IMG/VR virus record: IMGVR_UViG_3300031111_000529
Coordinates: 1 to 52,630 of that record
Reading direction: 5' to 3' (one strand)
From: a virus
Taxonomy: Duplodnaviria > Caudoviricetes
Length of the DNA stretch: 52,630 bases
Positions 34,249 to 42,846 of this stretch are shown piece after piece. The translations under genes and the position numbers were made by a program. The first letter of the stretch is position 1; every line of letters begins with the position of its first letter. Below the pieces are notes generated by a model that saw only the letters and a list, made by a program, of their open reading frames with translations, searched no databases and was not told the origin of the DNA.

Positions 34249-35399
34249 TCCTGAACTCGCACACAGCCCGACGCGGAAATAAGGTCACCGTCTATTCGAT
34301 CTGCCGCAACGTGCAGATTCGCGGACGATGGCGCGCCATCGAGGATGTGCTGTCGGTCCAGCGTGCCGGCGGGGTGTACGAAGTCCGACTCGGGGACGAG
34401 TGGATTCGCTTCCAGCCTCGCGCACAACAAGACTCCGAGATCATCGCCGCGAGTCAGGTAGGCGACCAGCTCAATCCGTGGCACGTTGGCCCGCTGCTGG
34501 CGATCGATCAGCTCGGCGCCGACAGCCTGCGGTTCCTCGTCACGCGGAGCGACGGCGTCGAGTACGACTCGGCCCGCGACGTGCTGTGCTTCAAGGAATG
34601 TCGCGAGCTCGGACTGGCGTTCGACGTGTGGAAGGGCAACTGGCCCGAGGACGTGACTATTGATCTGGCCAGTGGCGAGGCAAGCCTTCAGCTTGCGGCC
34701 ATCCGCGAACTCGACGCGGAAGCGGATGGTTTGAGTCGGCCGCTCGACCTCGACCCCGAGCCGGTTCTGGTTCCCGGGACGTTCCGTTACCACCAAATGA
34801 CCACGAGCCCGGCTGGCGATCCGGAGCTTGCATGGGGGATTCTACACGACACAGCAAACTCCAGCAGTTCTGGAGCGAGTGTCAGAGCTACGGTTACATG
34901 GGTTCCGGGATGCGCTTACTACCTGCGGCGCTCAATCTTCAACTTCGACACCTCCGGCCTGGATGAACCGTTGGAAGCCTACTTTAAGCTGCACCGGGTC
35001 GGGGCGGCGGCGGGCGAGAATCGTGTGATAGGTGGCAGCTACGGTGAAGCGGCCCTCGCGACCCCGAGCCTGTATGGTGCCATTGCGAACAACGTCGCCG
35101 CTCACACAGTCGGTGCAATGACTGAGCCGGTGACAAATACGCTGATGTCGCCTGAACTGGTGGGGAGCGGGCACTGGCAGGCGTTGGCCCTCTTTCGGCT
35201 TGGTTTGATGCTGTACCCGTACGACTACAACGACGCCGAGCCGGGCGGGCCGATGGATGTTGCCTATATCTACACCATTTCGGGCGACAACGCACCTCGC
35301 CTCGAACTGACGTATCCAGAGACAGCCGTGCCAGGCGGGACCTCCACTTCCACCGGCACGGCGAGGCCGAAGGTCCCTGCGGGAGGACACCGCCGATGA
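34245..35399 (+). CDS. Hypothetical virion-associated protein (beta-sandwich-like C-terminus)
   Basis: ATGA coupling at both ends; RSIFNFDTS...PRLELTY resembles DNRLRE/CBM-type modules. Confidence 0.6.
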   Translation: MILNSHTARRGNKVTVYSICRNVQIRGRWRAIEDVLSVQRAGGVYEVRLGDEWIRFQPRAQQDSEIIAASQVGDQLNPWHVGPLLAIDQLGADSLRFLVTRSDGVEYDSARDVLCFKECRELGLAFDVWKGNWPEDVTIDLASGEASLQLAAIRELDAEADGLSRPLDLDPEPVLVPGTFRYHQMTTSPAGDPELAWGILHDTANSSSSGASVRATVTWVPGCAYYLRRSIFNFDTSGLDEPLEAYFKLHRVGAAAGENRVIGGSYGEAALATPSLYGAIANNVAAHTVGAMTEPVTNTLMSPELVGSGHWQALALFRLGLMLYPYDYNDAEPGGPMDVAYIYTISGDNAPRLELTYPETAVPGGTSTSTGTARPKVPAGGHRR

Positions 35400-35833
35400 T
35401 CCGCTTTGTGACCAAGGGCATGTTCTTCGACAGCAAGGCCGTCACCGGCGCGGTGGACAAGGCCGCGCGGCGCGTGCTGAGCCGCTTCGGTGCGTTCGTG
35501 CGGACAACGGCCAGGCACAGCATCCGCAAGCGGAAGCGTGTCAGCTCACCGGGCGAGCCGCCGAGCAGCCATGCTGGCCTGCTCAAGCGACTGATCTATT
35601 TCGGCTACGACCGCCAGAGGCGAAGCGTGGTGATTGGCCCGCAGAGACTGAACCAGAAGGTCGGCCAAGCACCGGAGGCGTTGGAGTACGGCGGCACTTC
35701 CACCGTCGTCGAGGGCCTGCGCGGCCGTCGGAAGAAACGACACGTGCGAATAAGGGCTCGCCCGTATATGGGGCCTGCCTTCCAGAAGGAACAACCGAAG
35801 CTGCCCGCCATGTGGGCCGGCAGCGTGCGGTAG
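35396..35833 (+). CDS. Tail completion / neck protein (HK97 gp10-like)
   Basis: Basic; S.PGEPP....G.L, LEYGG, ARPYMGPA. Confidence 0.8.
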   Translation: MIRFVTKGMFFDSKAVTGAVDKAARRVLSRFGAFVRTTARHSIRKRKRVSSPGEPPSSHAGLLKRLIYFGYDRQRRSVVIGPQRLNQKVGQAPEALEYGGTSTVVEGLRGRRKKRHVRIRARPYMGPAFQKEQPKLPAMWAGSVR

Positions 35834-35845
35834 GGAGACACAACT

Positions 35846-36283
35846 ATGGCAACCTACGTACTCGGCATGAACGCCGGGCTCTACCAGGGAGCGGCCGGAG
35901 TGACTGACCCCGCCACGATGACCGAGGTGGACAACGTCCGCGACGTGACGCTCAACCTGGAGGCCGGCGAGGCGGACATCACCACACGTGGCAACTCCGG
36001 CTGGCGGGCCACCGCCCCGACGCTCCGCGAGTGCAGCGTCGAGTTCCAGATGGTCTGGAACCCATCGGACGCGGTGTTCACGGCCATCAAGAACGCCTTC
36101 CTGGGCGCCAGCACCGTCGCGCTAGCGATCCTCGACCAGTTGCGGACGGTCTCCGGCGCGCAGGGACCGCTGGGTGACTTCGCCATCACCAACTTCAGCC
36201 GCAACGAGGCGCTGGAGGAGGCCATCGTCGCCGACGTGACGGCCAAGCTGAGCCGGTTCGAGGAATGGCACACGGTGTCTTAA
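35846..36283 (+). CDS. Tail tube protein
   Basis: VRDVTLNLEAGEADITTR..SGW...FSRNEALEE; position. Confidence 0.82.
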   Translation: MATYVLGMNAGLYQGAAGVTDPATMTEVDNVRDVTLNLEAGEADITTRGNSGWRATAPTLRECSVEFQMVWNPSDAVFTAIKNAFLGASTVALAILDQLRTVSGAQGPLGDFAITNFSRNEALEEAIVADVTAKLSRFEEWHTVS

Positions 36284-36286
36284 CGG

Positions 36287-36360
36287 CAGACTGCAGGCTC
36301 CAGACCTCAGGCGCTGCCCTTTGAGGCCGTCCCTGAAGTCTGAGGACTGAGGACTGAAGA
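36287..36360 (+). repeat. Short heptamer-type tandem repeats
   Basis: CAGACTG CAGGCTC CAGACCT CAGG ... CTGAAGT CTGAGGA CTGAGGA CTGAAGA. Confidence 0.55.
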
Positions 36361-36372
36361 AGGAGAGCTGCA

Positions 36373-36705
36373 ATGGCAGAACTGACGAAGCAGGCAGCCG
36401 CACGCGCGGCCAACGATCTGGACTGGACCACGTCGAGCGACGACGGCGACACCTTCGAGACCAACGGGACCGAGGCGCTGCTGGTCCGCAACAACGGGGT
36501 CGGCGCCATCACCTTGACCGTCACCACGGTGAAGAAGGTCGACGGCCTGGACGTTGACGACCTGACCATCGAGGTCGCCGCGAGCGAGGTGGCTCTGCTG
36601 GGGCCGTGGCCCGCGTCGATCTACGGCGACGCCGACCGCATCGTGAGCATGGACGCCGGCGCGGACTACGCCGACGTGGAGTACGCGCTTATCTCGATCG
36701 GGTGA
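36373..36705 (+). CDS. Hypothetical acidic beta-rich structural protein
   Basis: AAGGAGAG RBS; GDTF..NG.E.LLVRN. Confidence 0.7.
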   Translation: MAELTKQAAARAANDLDWTTSSDDGDTFETNGTEALLVRNNGVGAITLTVTTVKKVDGLDVDDLTIEVAASEVALLGPWPASIYGDADRIVSMDAGADYADVEYALISIG

Positions 36706-36710
36706 GGACC

Positions 36711-37181
36711 ATGAAGACATTCAAAGACGCGGCCGAACGCGAGTGGACCGTCAGCTTGAACCTCGGCACGGCGATGGCCGTCAAGGACAAGCTGGATATC
36801 GACCTGCTCCAGCCGGAAGCGGGTGATCCGCCTCTGCTGACTCGCCTGGGCACGGATGAGATGCTGCTCGGCGAGGTGCTGTGCGCATTGATGGCCGGCC
36901 AGTTCGAGACGCACAAGGTCACCGCCGACGACGTGCGGGCGGGCTTCGACGGCGCGACGCTGCTGGCCGCCCAAAGCGCGTTCTATGAGGAGCTCGTGGA
37001 TTTTTTCCGCAGCCGCGGCCGGGCCGACCGGGCTCGCGCCGTGGAGACCCAGGCGGCGATGATCGAAGCAGCCGTGAAGGCCATCGAAGAGAAGATCGGC
37101 GGCATGAACGTTCAGGAAGTGATCGCTGGCGCGATGTCTGGCTCATCGCCGGAAGCCTCGGAGTCGATCCCCGGCCGCTGA
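36711..37181 (+). CDS. Tail assembly chaperone (gpG-like)
   Basis: MKTFKD...W.V; ELVDFFR containing slippery T TTT TTC at 37001-37007; lies between tail tube and tape measure. Confidence 0.8.
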   Translation: MKTFKDAAEREWTVSLNLGTAMAVKDKLDIDLLQPEAGDPPLLTRLGTDEMLLGEVLCALMAGQFETHKVTADDVRAGFDGATLLAAQSAFYEELVDFFRSRGRADRARAVETQAAMIEAAVKAIEEKIGGMNVQEVIAGAMSGSSPEASESIPGR

Positions 37182-37411
37182 CGTTGCGGCAACTGCTGTG
37201 GATGGCCGAAGGCCACGGCCGGGACGAGTGGAGCAGGCTGTCGGTCCTGCTGGCGTTGACGGCCAACTGCCATCGCGACCCGACCAAGGGCCGGGCATTG
37301 AAGCCGAGCGACTACGACCCCTTTTGCAGAAAGGGCAAGGAGCGGGACAGGCTGATTGAAGTGAACAGCGAAACAATCGGCGACCTGAAGGTCGCCTTCG
37401 AGACCATGTGA
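37001..37411 (+). CDS. gpT-like extension in the -1 frame of the chaperone
   Basis: -1 frame is open from the slippery site to 37411 and encodes VWLIAGSLGVDPRPLTLRQLLWMAEG...KPSDYDPF. Confidence 0.65.
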   Translation, partial: FFPQPRPGRPGSRRGDPGGDDRSSREGHRREDRRHERSGSDRWRDVWLIAGSLGVDPRPLTLRQLLWMAEGHGRDEWSRLSVLLALTANCHRDPTKGRALKPSDYDPFCRKGKERDRLIEVNSETIGDLKVAFETM

Positions 37412-37422
37412 AGGAGACGGAA

Positions 37423-37980
37423 ATGACGCCACGATGGATCGTAGGACTGCTGCTGTTGGCACTGGCGGCGACGCTTTGTGTGGGTTGCACCGACGCAAGC
37501 ACGAAGATTGACGGTCAGACAAGGAACGTCGACTTGAAGAGCACCCCGGCCAACGTCGGCACGGTCGAGCCCGACGGCGGGATCGTCGCCGCCTACCACG
37601 GCCTGGGCGGCACGGCCATGAACATCGACGAGGCGGGCAGCTACATGGCCACTCCCGGCGACGGCGGATGGATGGTCTACAACCCCCAGACCGGCACCAT
37701 CGTCCTGTGGTCGCCCAAGGACTCGGTCATGAAGGGCGTGAAGTTCACACCCGCGCCTGAGCCTGGCCAGCCAGCGCTGTCCGCCGACGAGATCACGATG
37801 AACATCAGCGTTCCGCGCGAGCAGCTTGTGGCCGGCCTGGCTGAGGTCATCGAGGCGATCATCGCTCTGCCGAAGGATCAGGCTGAGGCGAAGGTCAAGG
37901 AGCTGGAAGCAGCGGGGGAGATCACCTCCGACATTGCCAACCTGCTGCTGACCTACGTCGTGCCGATGCTGGCGGGCTGA
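37423..37980 (+). CDS. Lipoprotein
   Basis: AAGGAG RBS; signal MTPRWIVGLLLLALAATLCVG-C (lipobox-like). Confidence 0.75.
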   Translation: MTPRWIVGLLLLALAATLCVGCTDASTKIDGQTRNVDLKSTPANVGTVEPDGGIVAAYHGLGGTAMNIDEAGSYMATPGDGGWMVYNPQTGTIVLWSPKDSVMKGVKFTPAPEPGQPALSADEITMNISVPREQLVAGLAEVIEAIIALPKDQAEAKVKELEAAGEITSDIANLLLTYVVPMLAG

Positions 37981-38066
37981 TGGCGAGTCCGTGATTCGAC
38001 CTGCTGCAGGCGGTGGTCGCGGCGATGGCGTCCCTGTCGTAACCGCAGACGAGAAAGGACAAAACG

Positions 38067-38291
38067 ATGGAGAGCTTCCTCAAGAGAATCAGCAGCCGGA
38101 AGTTCCTGGTCGCCGTGGCGGTGCAGATCGCTTCGGTGGCGGCCATCTTCTGGCCGCAACACGAAGCGACGATCTCAACAGCCGCCGTGCGCATTGCGGC
38201 GCTGGCGACGTTACTGCTGGCAGCGATCGGCTACGGCAAGATCGAGGCGGCGCTCGACAGCAACCCGGACGTCACGCGTCCGGACGGGTAG
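38067..38291 (+). CDS. Holin-like two-TM protein
   Basis: KRISSRKFLVAV motif and two hydrophobic helices; AAAGGA RBS. Confidence 0.7.
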   Translation: MESFLKRISSRKFLVAVAVQIASVAAIFWPQHEATISTAAVRIAALATLLLAAIGYGKIEAALDSNPDVTRPDG

Positions 38292-38294
38292 GCG

Positions 38295-40079
38295 ATGGCC
38301 AGCACAAAAGGCATTCGAGCGGGACGGGCGTTCGTGGAACTCTTCACGGATGACAAGAGGCTCGTGCGCGGGCTTCGTGCGGCGGAGCGGAAGCTCAAGG
38401 CGTTCGGCGCGAGCGTTCGCAACATGGGTCTGAAGATGGCCGGTTTGGGCGCGGTCGTGCTTGGGCCCATGCTCGCAGCGGCCAAGGCGTTCAGCTCGAT
38501 GGGCGACCAGGTCGCCAAGATGGCCAAGCGGACCGGCCTGTCTGTAGAGACGCTCAGCGAGCTTCGCTTCGTCGCCAGCCAGACCGGCACGGAGTTCGAG
38601 TCGCTGGAGAACGGTTTCCGGCGCATGCAGCGGAGCATCTACGACGCGGGTCGCGGACTGTCCACGGCCAAGGATGCCCTGGCCGACCTGGGCCTGACGT
38701 ACAAGGACCTCGAGGGCCTCTCGCCGGAAGAGCAGTTCAAGAAGCTGGCCGACAGCCTGGGCCAGATCTCCGACCCGACCAAGAAGGCTGCCATCGCCAT
38801 GACGCTGTTCGGCAGGACAGGCACGAACCTGCTGCCGATGTTCGCCCAGGGCTCCAAGGGCATCGAGGCGCTGCAGCAGAAGGCCCGGGCGCTGGGGCTG
38901 ACGATGTCGGGCGAGGACGCCAAGGCTGCGGAAGACTTCACCGACGCGATGGACGCCCTCTGGAAGGTGGTCAAGATGGGCGTCTTCCAGGTCGGGGCCG
39001 CACTGGCGCCCGCCCTCCAGCAGCTTGCGGGCATATTCACCTCCATAGCGATCAAGGCCAAGTCGTGGATAGAGGCCAACAGACAAGTGGTGGTCTCCGT
39101 CGCGAAGATCGCCGCCATGGTCTTGGCTGGCGGCGTTGCACTGATGGCTCTCGGCACGGCCATATCGCTTGCGGGCACTGTTCTCGGCGGCCTGGCCACG
39201 GTGCTGGCCTTCGTCCTGTCGCCCCTGGGCCTCGTGATCGCGGCGGTGGTCGCGCTGGGCGCTGTGCTGATCAAGGCCACCGGCAGCGGCGGCAAGGCCG
39301 TCGAGTGGCTGGGTAAGGCGTTCGGCTGGTTCAAGGGCGCCGTGGTTACTGCCATCTCGGCCGTGGTCTTCGCCGTTAAGAACTGGCGACAGGTGCTGGA
39401 ATACGCAGCCGTAGCGGGCGTGCTGAACATCGTGCGGTTCGCATCGCAGGTGAAGCACTTCTTCGTCGAGGTGATCCCGGCCACGCTTAAGTGGTTCTGG
39501 CAGAACTGGCGTGACATCTTCACCACGATGTGGAACTTCACGAAGACCGTCGTGACGAACATCGGCCGTAACCTGAAGGCCCTGTGGGACGCCATCGTCG
39601 GCTTCGCCAAGGGCGAGGGCTGGAATTTTCAGTGGACGCCCCTGCTGGAAGGCTTCGAGTCGGCCGTCAAGGAGATGCCCAAGATCGCCGCCAGGCAGAT
39701 CGGCCCGCTGGAGAAAGAGCTTCAGAGCCGCGTGGACGCGCTTGGCGAGCAGCTCGGCAGGGACTGGCAGGCCCACAACGTGGAGTTCCGCGAGAAGCTC
39801 TCCGGATCTCCGTTGGGCAAGCTGCTGGGCCTGGAAGGAGCCGTCGAGATCAAGGCGCCGGACCTGTCCGGCCTACAGGACGCGGCCGAACTCGGCGGTG
39901 TGGAGCTGTCACAGCAGGCAGCGAAGATCGGTGTTACCGGAACGTTCAACGCGGCATCGCTGCTCGGCCTCCAATCCGGCGATGCTTCCGACCGCACAGC
40001 CAAGGCGACCGAGGAAACCGCCAAGAACACAAAGAAGCTGCTCGACGAGGCCCGCAACGGCGGATTGGCATTCTCATGA
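38295..40079 (+). CDS. Tail tape measure protein
   Basis: IRAGRAFVEL N-terminus, Ala/Gly-rich helical repeats, A.TLFGR.G..LLP, central hydrophobic stretch. Confidence 0.9.
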   Translation: MASTKGIRAGRAFVELFTDDKRLVRGLRAAERKLKAFGASVRNMGLKMAGLGAVVLGPMLAAAKAFSSMGDQVAKMAKRTGLSVETLSELRFVASQTGTEFESLENGFRRMQRSIYDAGRGLSTAKDALADLGLTYKDLEGLSPEEQFKKLADSLGQISDPTKKAAIAMTLFGRTGTNLLPMFAQGSKGIEALQQKARALGLTMSGEDAKAAEDFTDAMDALWKVVKMGVFQVGAALAPALQQLAGIFTSIAIKAKSWIEANRQVVVSVAKIAAMVLAGGVALMALGTAISLAGTVLGGLATVLAFVLSPLGLVIAAVVALGAVLIKATGSGGKAVEWLGKAFGWFKGAVVTAISAVVFAVKNWRQVLEYAAVAGVLNIVRFASQVKHFFVEVIPATLKWFWQNWRDIFTTMWNFTKTVVTNIGRNLKALWDAIVGFAKGEGWNFQWTPLLEGFESAVKEMPKIAARQIGPLEKELQSRVDALGEQLGRDWQAHNVEFREKLSGSPLGKLLGLEGAVEIKAPDLSGLQDAAELGGVELSQQAAKIGVTGTFNAASLLGLQSGDASDRTAKATEETAKNTKKLLDEARNGGLAFS

Positions 40080-40126
40080 CCGGCACTTCTGCTAAAATGT
40101 CGCTTTGCGCAAAGGGAGATGGAACG

Positions 40127-40648
40127 ATGCGGCCCCAACCTACCAATATTGCATCCATCGAGGTCACCAATGCCATCTTGGCCATCGAGCCTTCCTTCCA
40201 GAGCACCCAGGATGTCGTCCGTCCGTGTTCACTGGTGCTGAAGACCGGGGAAGTCCTTCCACGCGCATATTGCCGCGAGACACCTCGATGGTCAGAAGAT
40301 GTGGGTGACTGGGTGAACCCCAAAGATGTCCTTGTTGTCCAGGATAGCCCCTTCAGACTACCAGCACATCTTGCCCGCAAGCTGTATGCAGCGGGCGAGT
40401 CGGGCATGGGATACGTCCGGTTTCTTGCCAAGCTCCGTTCGGGGCAAGACTGTGTTTGTGTGGTGAACAGCTTCTTATTGGACTTCCCTGAACTCCCGGA
40501 CGGAGTTACTTGTGGAGACATTGTCAAGGTCATCCCACACGCAGGTGAGGAACGCACCAGGAGAGGACGGTGGTACCGAGGTGCGCCCTTCCGGTTCTGT
40601 GACTACCTCCCACACGGCTGGACCGGGTCTGGGAAAGGCAATCCGTAG
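40127..40648 (+). CDS. Hypothetical moron
   Basis: -10-like TAAAAT at 40093 and GGGAG RBS-like element; codon usage differs from flanks. Confidence 0.6.
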   Translation: MRPQPTNIASIEVTNAILAIEPSFQSTQDVVRPCSLVLKTGEVLPRAYCRETPRWSEDVGDWVNPKDVLVVQDSPFRLPAHLARKLYAAGESGMGYVRFLAKLRSGQDCVCVVNSFLLDFPELPDGVTCGDIVKVIPHAGEERTRRGRWYRGAPFRFCDYLPHGWTGSGKGNP

Positions 40649-40677
40649 GGCCCGACCGAACGCAGAGGAAGGCAAGG

Positions 40678-41508
40678 ATGCCCATAACAGTCGAAGAACT
40701 TCCCGACAGCAGGCAGTGGACGACGGGTGCGAACCTGTCCGTCGAGTTCAGCTACCAGGTTCGCGGCACGGCCAGCGACGTGGACGCCAAGAACGCCATG
40801 CTCGGGGAGGCACCATCGAGCTATCAGTACCTTGCCCGCCAGTCCAGCCAGATCGAGCCGGTCGTGATGGACACGGCCAACCCGGACGGCTGCATCTGGA
40901 AGGGCATGGTCCGCTACGCCAGGGCTTCCCAGACCTCCGAGCCGCCGGAGACGGGCGAATCGACGTTCTCATTCGACACCGGCGGCGGGATGCAGCACAT
41001 CACGCAGTCCATCAGCACCGTCAGCAAGTACGCCCCGGCCGGCAAGACAGCGCCCGACTTCAAGGGCGCGGTCGGCGTCACGCACGATTCGGTCGAGGGC
41101 GTGGACATCACCGTGCCGGTCTACAACTTCTCCGAGACGCATTACCTGGCCGACAGCGTTGTGACCGGCGCCTACAAGGCGACGCTGTTCAACCTGACCG
41201 GCAAGACCAACAACGCTTCCTGGAATGGCTTCGCAGCCGGCGAGTGTCTGTTCCTGGGCGCTGCCGGCTCGAAGCGCGGCGACGACGATTGGGAGATCAC
41301 GTTCCGCTTCGCGGCCAGCCCGAACAAGACCGGCCTGACCGTCGGGGACATAACCGGCATCGACAAGAAGGGCTGGGAGTACATGTGGGTCCGCTACGCC
41401 GACGCAGAGGACGCCACCGCCAAGGCCATCGTCAAGAAGCCCGTGGCCGTCTACGTCGAGAAGGTCTACGAGGAAGGCGAGTTCTCAGGGCTGGGGATAG
41501 GGACGTGA
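40678..41508 (+). CDS. Distal tail / baseplate-hub-like protein
   Basis: Follows the tape measure; SFDTGGG..HITQS, GECLFLGA.G, KKGWEY.WVRY. Confidence 0.75.
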   Translation: MPITVEELPDSRQWTTGANLSVEFSYQVRGTASDVDAKNAMLGEAPSSYQYLARQSSQIEPVVMDTANPDGCIWKGMVRYARASQTSEPPETGESTFSFDTGGGMQHITQSISTVSKYAPAGKTAPDFKGAVGVTHDSVEGVDITVPVYNFSETHYLADSVVTGAYKATLFNLTGKTNNASWNGFAAGECLFLGAAGSKRGDDDWEITFRFAASPNKTGLTVGDITGIDKKGWEYMWVRYADAEDATAKAIVKKPVAVYVEKVYEEGEFSGLGIGT

Positions 41509-41520
41509 GATGCTTGTCAG

Positions 41521-42009
41521 TCAGTATCCGTCATGGCAGCTGTTTGGAGAGGAGAATACTTGCCGCCCACATTCATGACAGAACCGATCGGCTGGCTTCT
41601 GAAGACGGCCCTGCCAGATCCAGATGATCCGCCCGCAGTAGGGACAGCAAAGGCCATAGTGACGCGTAACTGCTTCGAAAATCACGAGCATCGGCCCAAA
41701 CAGGCCTATCAAGAGAAGCATGAATAATCCCATCCACACACTGTTTTCAGTTAAGGAGACCAAGACAAAAAAGAGACCAAACCAAAGCGGCAAGAACGCC
41801 ATACAGACCCACCTCATTCTTCGGGAGCGACGGGCGCGTTCCTGCCATTCCTTTGGCGTGATCAGCGGCACGTTGTTGGGAGGCTGTGCGTACGCTTCCC
41901 CTGTAAGGCATCCGAACGGACGCCGTATGCGTGGAACGAGCAACAGGAAGAAAACAGGAGGGATTGCGATTAGGAAACTGGCCAGACATTTCAGCAACAC
42001 CTTCCTCAT
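41521..42009 (-). CDS. Membrane protein moron with C-terminal Zn ribbon
   Basis: Three hydrophobic segments; CPYC...CHEC; lower GC; antisense within the tail operon. Confidence 0.7.
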   Translation of the reverse strand: MRKVLLKCLASFLIAIPPVFFLLLVPRIRRPFGCLTGEAYAQPPNNVPLITPKEWQERARRSRRMRWVCMAFLPLWFGLFFVLVSLTENSVWMGLFMLLLIGLFGPMLVIFEAVTRHYGLCCPYCGRIIWIWQGRLQKPADRFCHECGRQVFSSPNSCHDGY

Positions 42010-42025
42010 CTAGAGGAGTATACCC

Positions 42026-42841
42026 ATAGCAAACAACCTGCGAAAGGTCAGGTCTGGCGATCCGCTTAGGATACCGGCCGCGACGTTCAACACGTTCGTT
42101 GATTCGGCGCAGGACTACCTTCAGCGCCAGCAGGGAACGGGCGGCAAGCCGACGCAGGCGTTTCGGCAGACCGGCATCGTGCATGTCAAGAACGCCAGCG
42201 GGGCCGACCGCGCCCGCTTTGCGGTGCTCGGCATCGACTCACCCATCTTCTCACCAAGTGAGGCGGCAGACAACTTCGCCAACCAGGTGGCGTTGGTCGG
42301 CGTGACGCCCACAGCAGACCATGCCGGCAAGTTCGTCGTCCTGTTGGAACCGATCGCCGACGGCGAGATCGGTCAGGCCGTTGTCAGCGGCGTGACGCCC
42401 GTCAAGGTCAACGTCACCGACGAAGCTCACACCCGCGCCGACGTCCAGGCGGGGCAGGCGGGCTATCTGGCCAGCGGCGACTCGGGATCGGCGCTGATCC
42501 TGTGGAAAGAAGCCGGCACGGGCGAGAAGTGGGCGCTGGTCAACCTTGGCATGCCGTCGGGCGAGGCCGGCAGCACCGTGTTCCCCGCCAAGGTAATCAG
42601 CTCGCAGGGAAGCGCCGTCTACACCGTGCGAGAGCAGGTGCACACGGCTCAGGGCGGGCTCATCGACAAGCCGGGCGTCGATGACGTGTCGGCGACGAAC
42701 CTGGCGGAGCTTTCCCAGGGGACGGGATCGGCGGTGGACGACGGGGCGGTGGTGCTGGTGGCGAGGTGTCTGGACCAGGCCGACCCGCCGGGCGAGCGAT
42801 ACGTGTTCGATCGGGCGGTGTACGCCAAGTATCTGGACTGA
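42026..42841 (+). CDS. Tail protein; reading frame begins at ATA behind a strong RBS
   Basis: GAGGAG at 42013, then ATA GCA AAC AAC CTG CGA AAG GTC..., in frame with the 42179 ORF with no stops. Confidence 0.7.
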   Translation: MANNLRKVRSGDPLRIPAATFNTFVDSAQDYLQRQQGTGGKPTQAFRQTGIVHVKNASGADRARFAVLGIDSPIFSPSEAADNFANQVALVGVTPTADHAGKFVVLLEPIADGEIGQAVVSGVTPVKVNVTDEAHTRADVQAGQAGYLASGDSGSALILWKEAGTGEKWALVNLGMPSGEAGSTVFPAKVISSQGSAVYTVREQVHTAQGGLIDKPGVDDVSATNLAELSQGTGSAVDDGAVVLVARCLDQADPPGERYVFDRAVYAKYLD

Positions 42842-42846
42842 CCGCC

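Noticed and set aside
38211-39776. Long minus-strand ORFs (521 and 323 aa), and similar ones opposite the capsid and terminase
   Set aside because: Antisense frames of well-supported structural genes.
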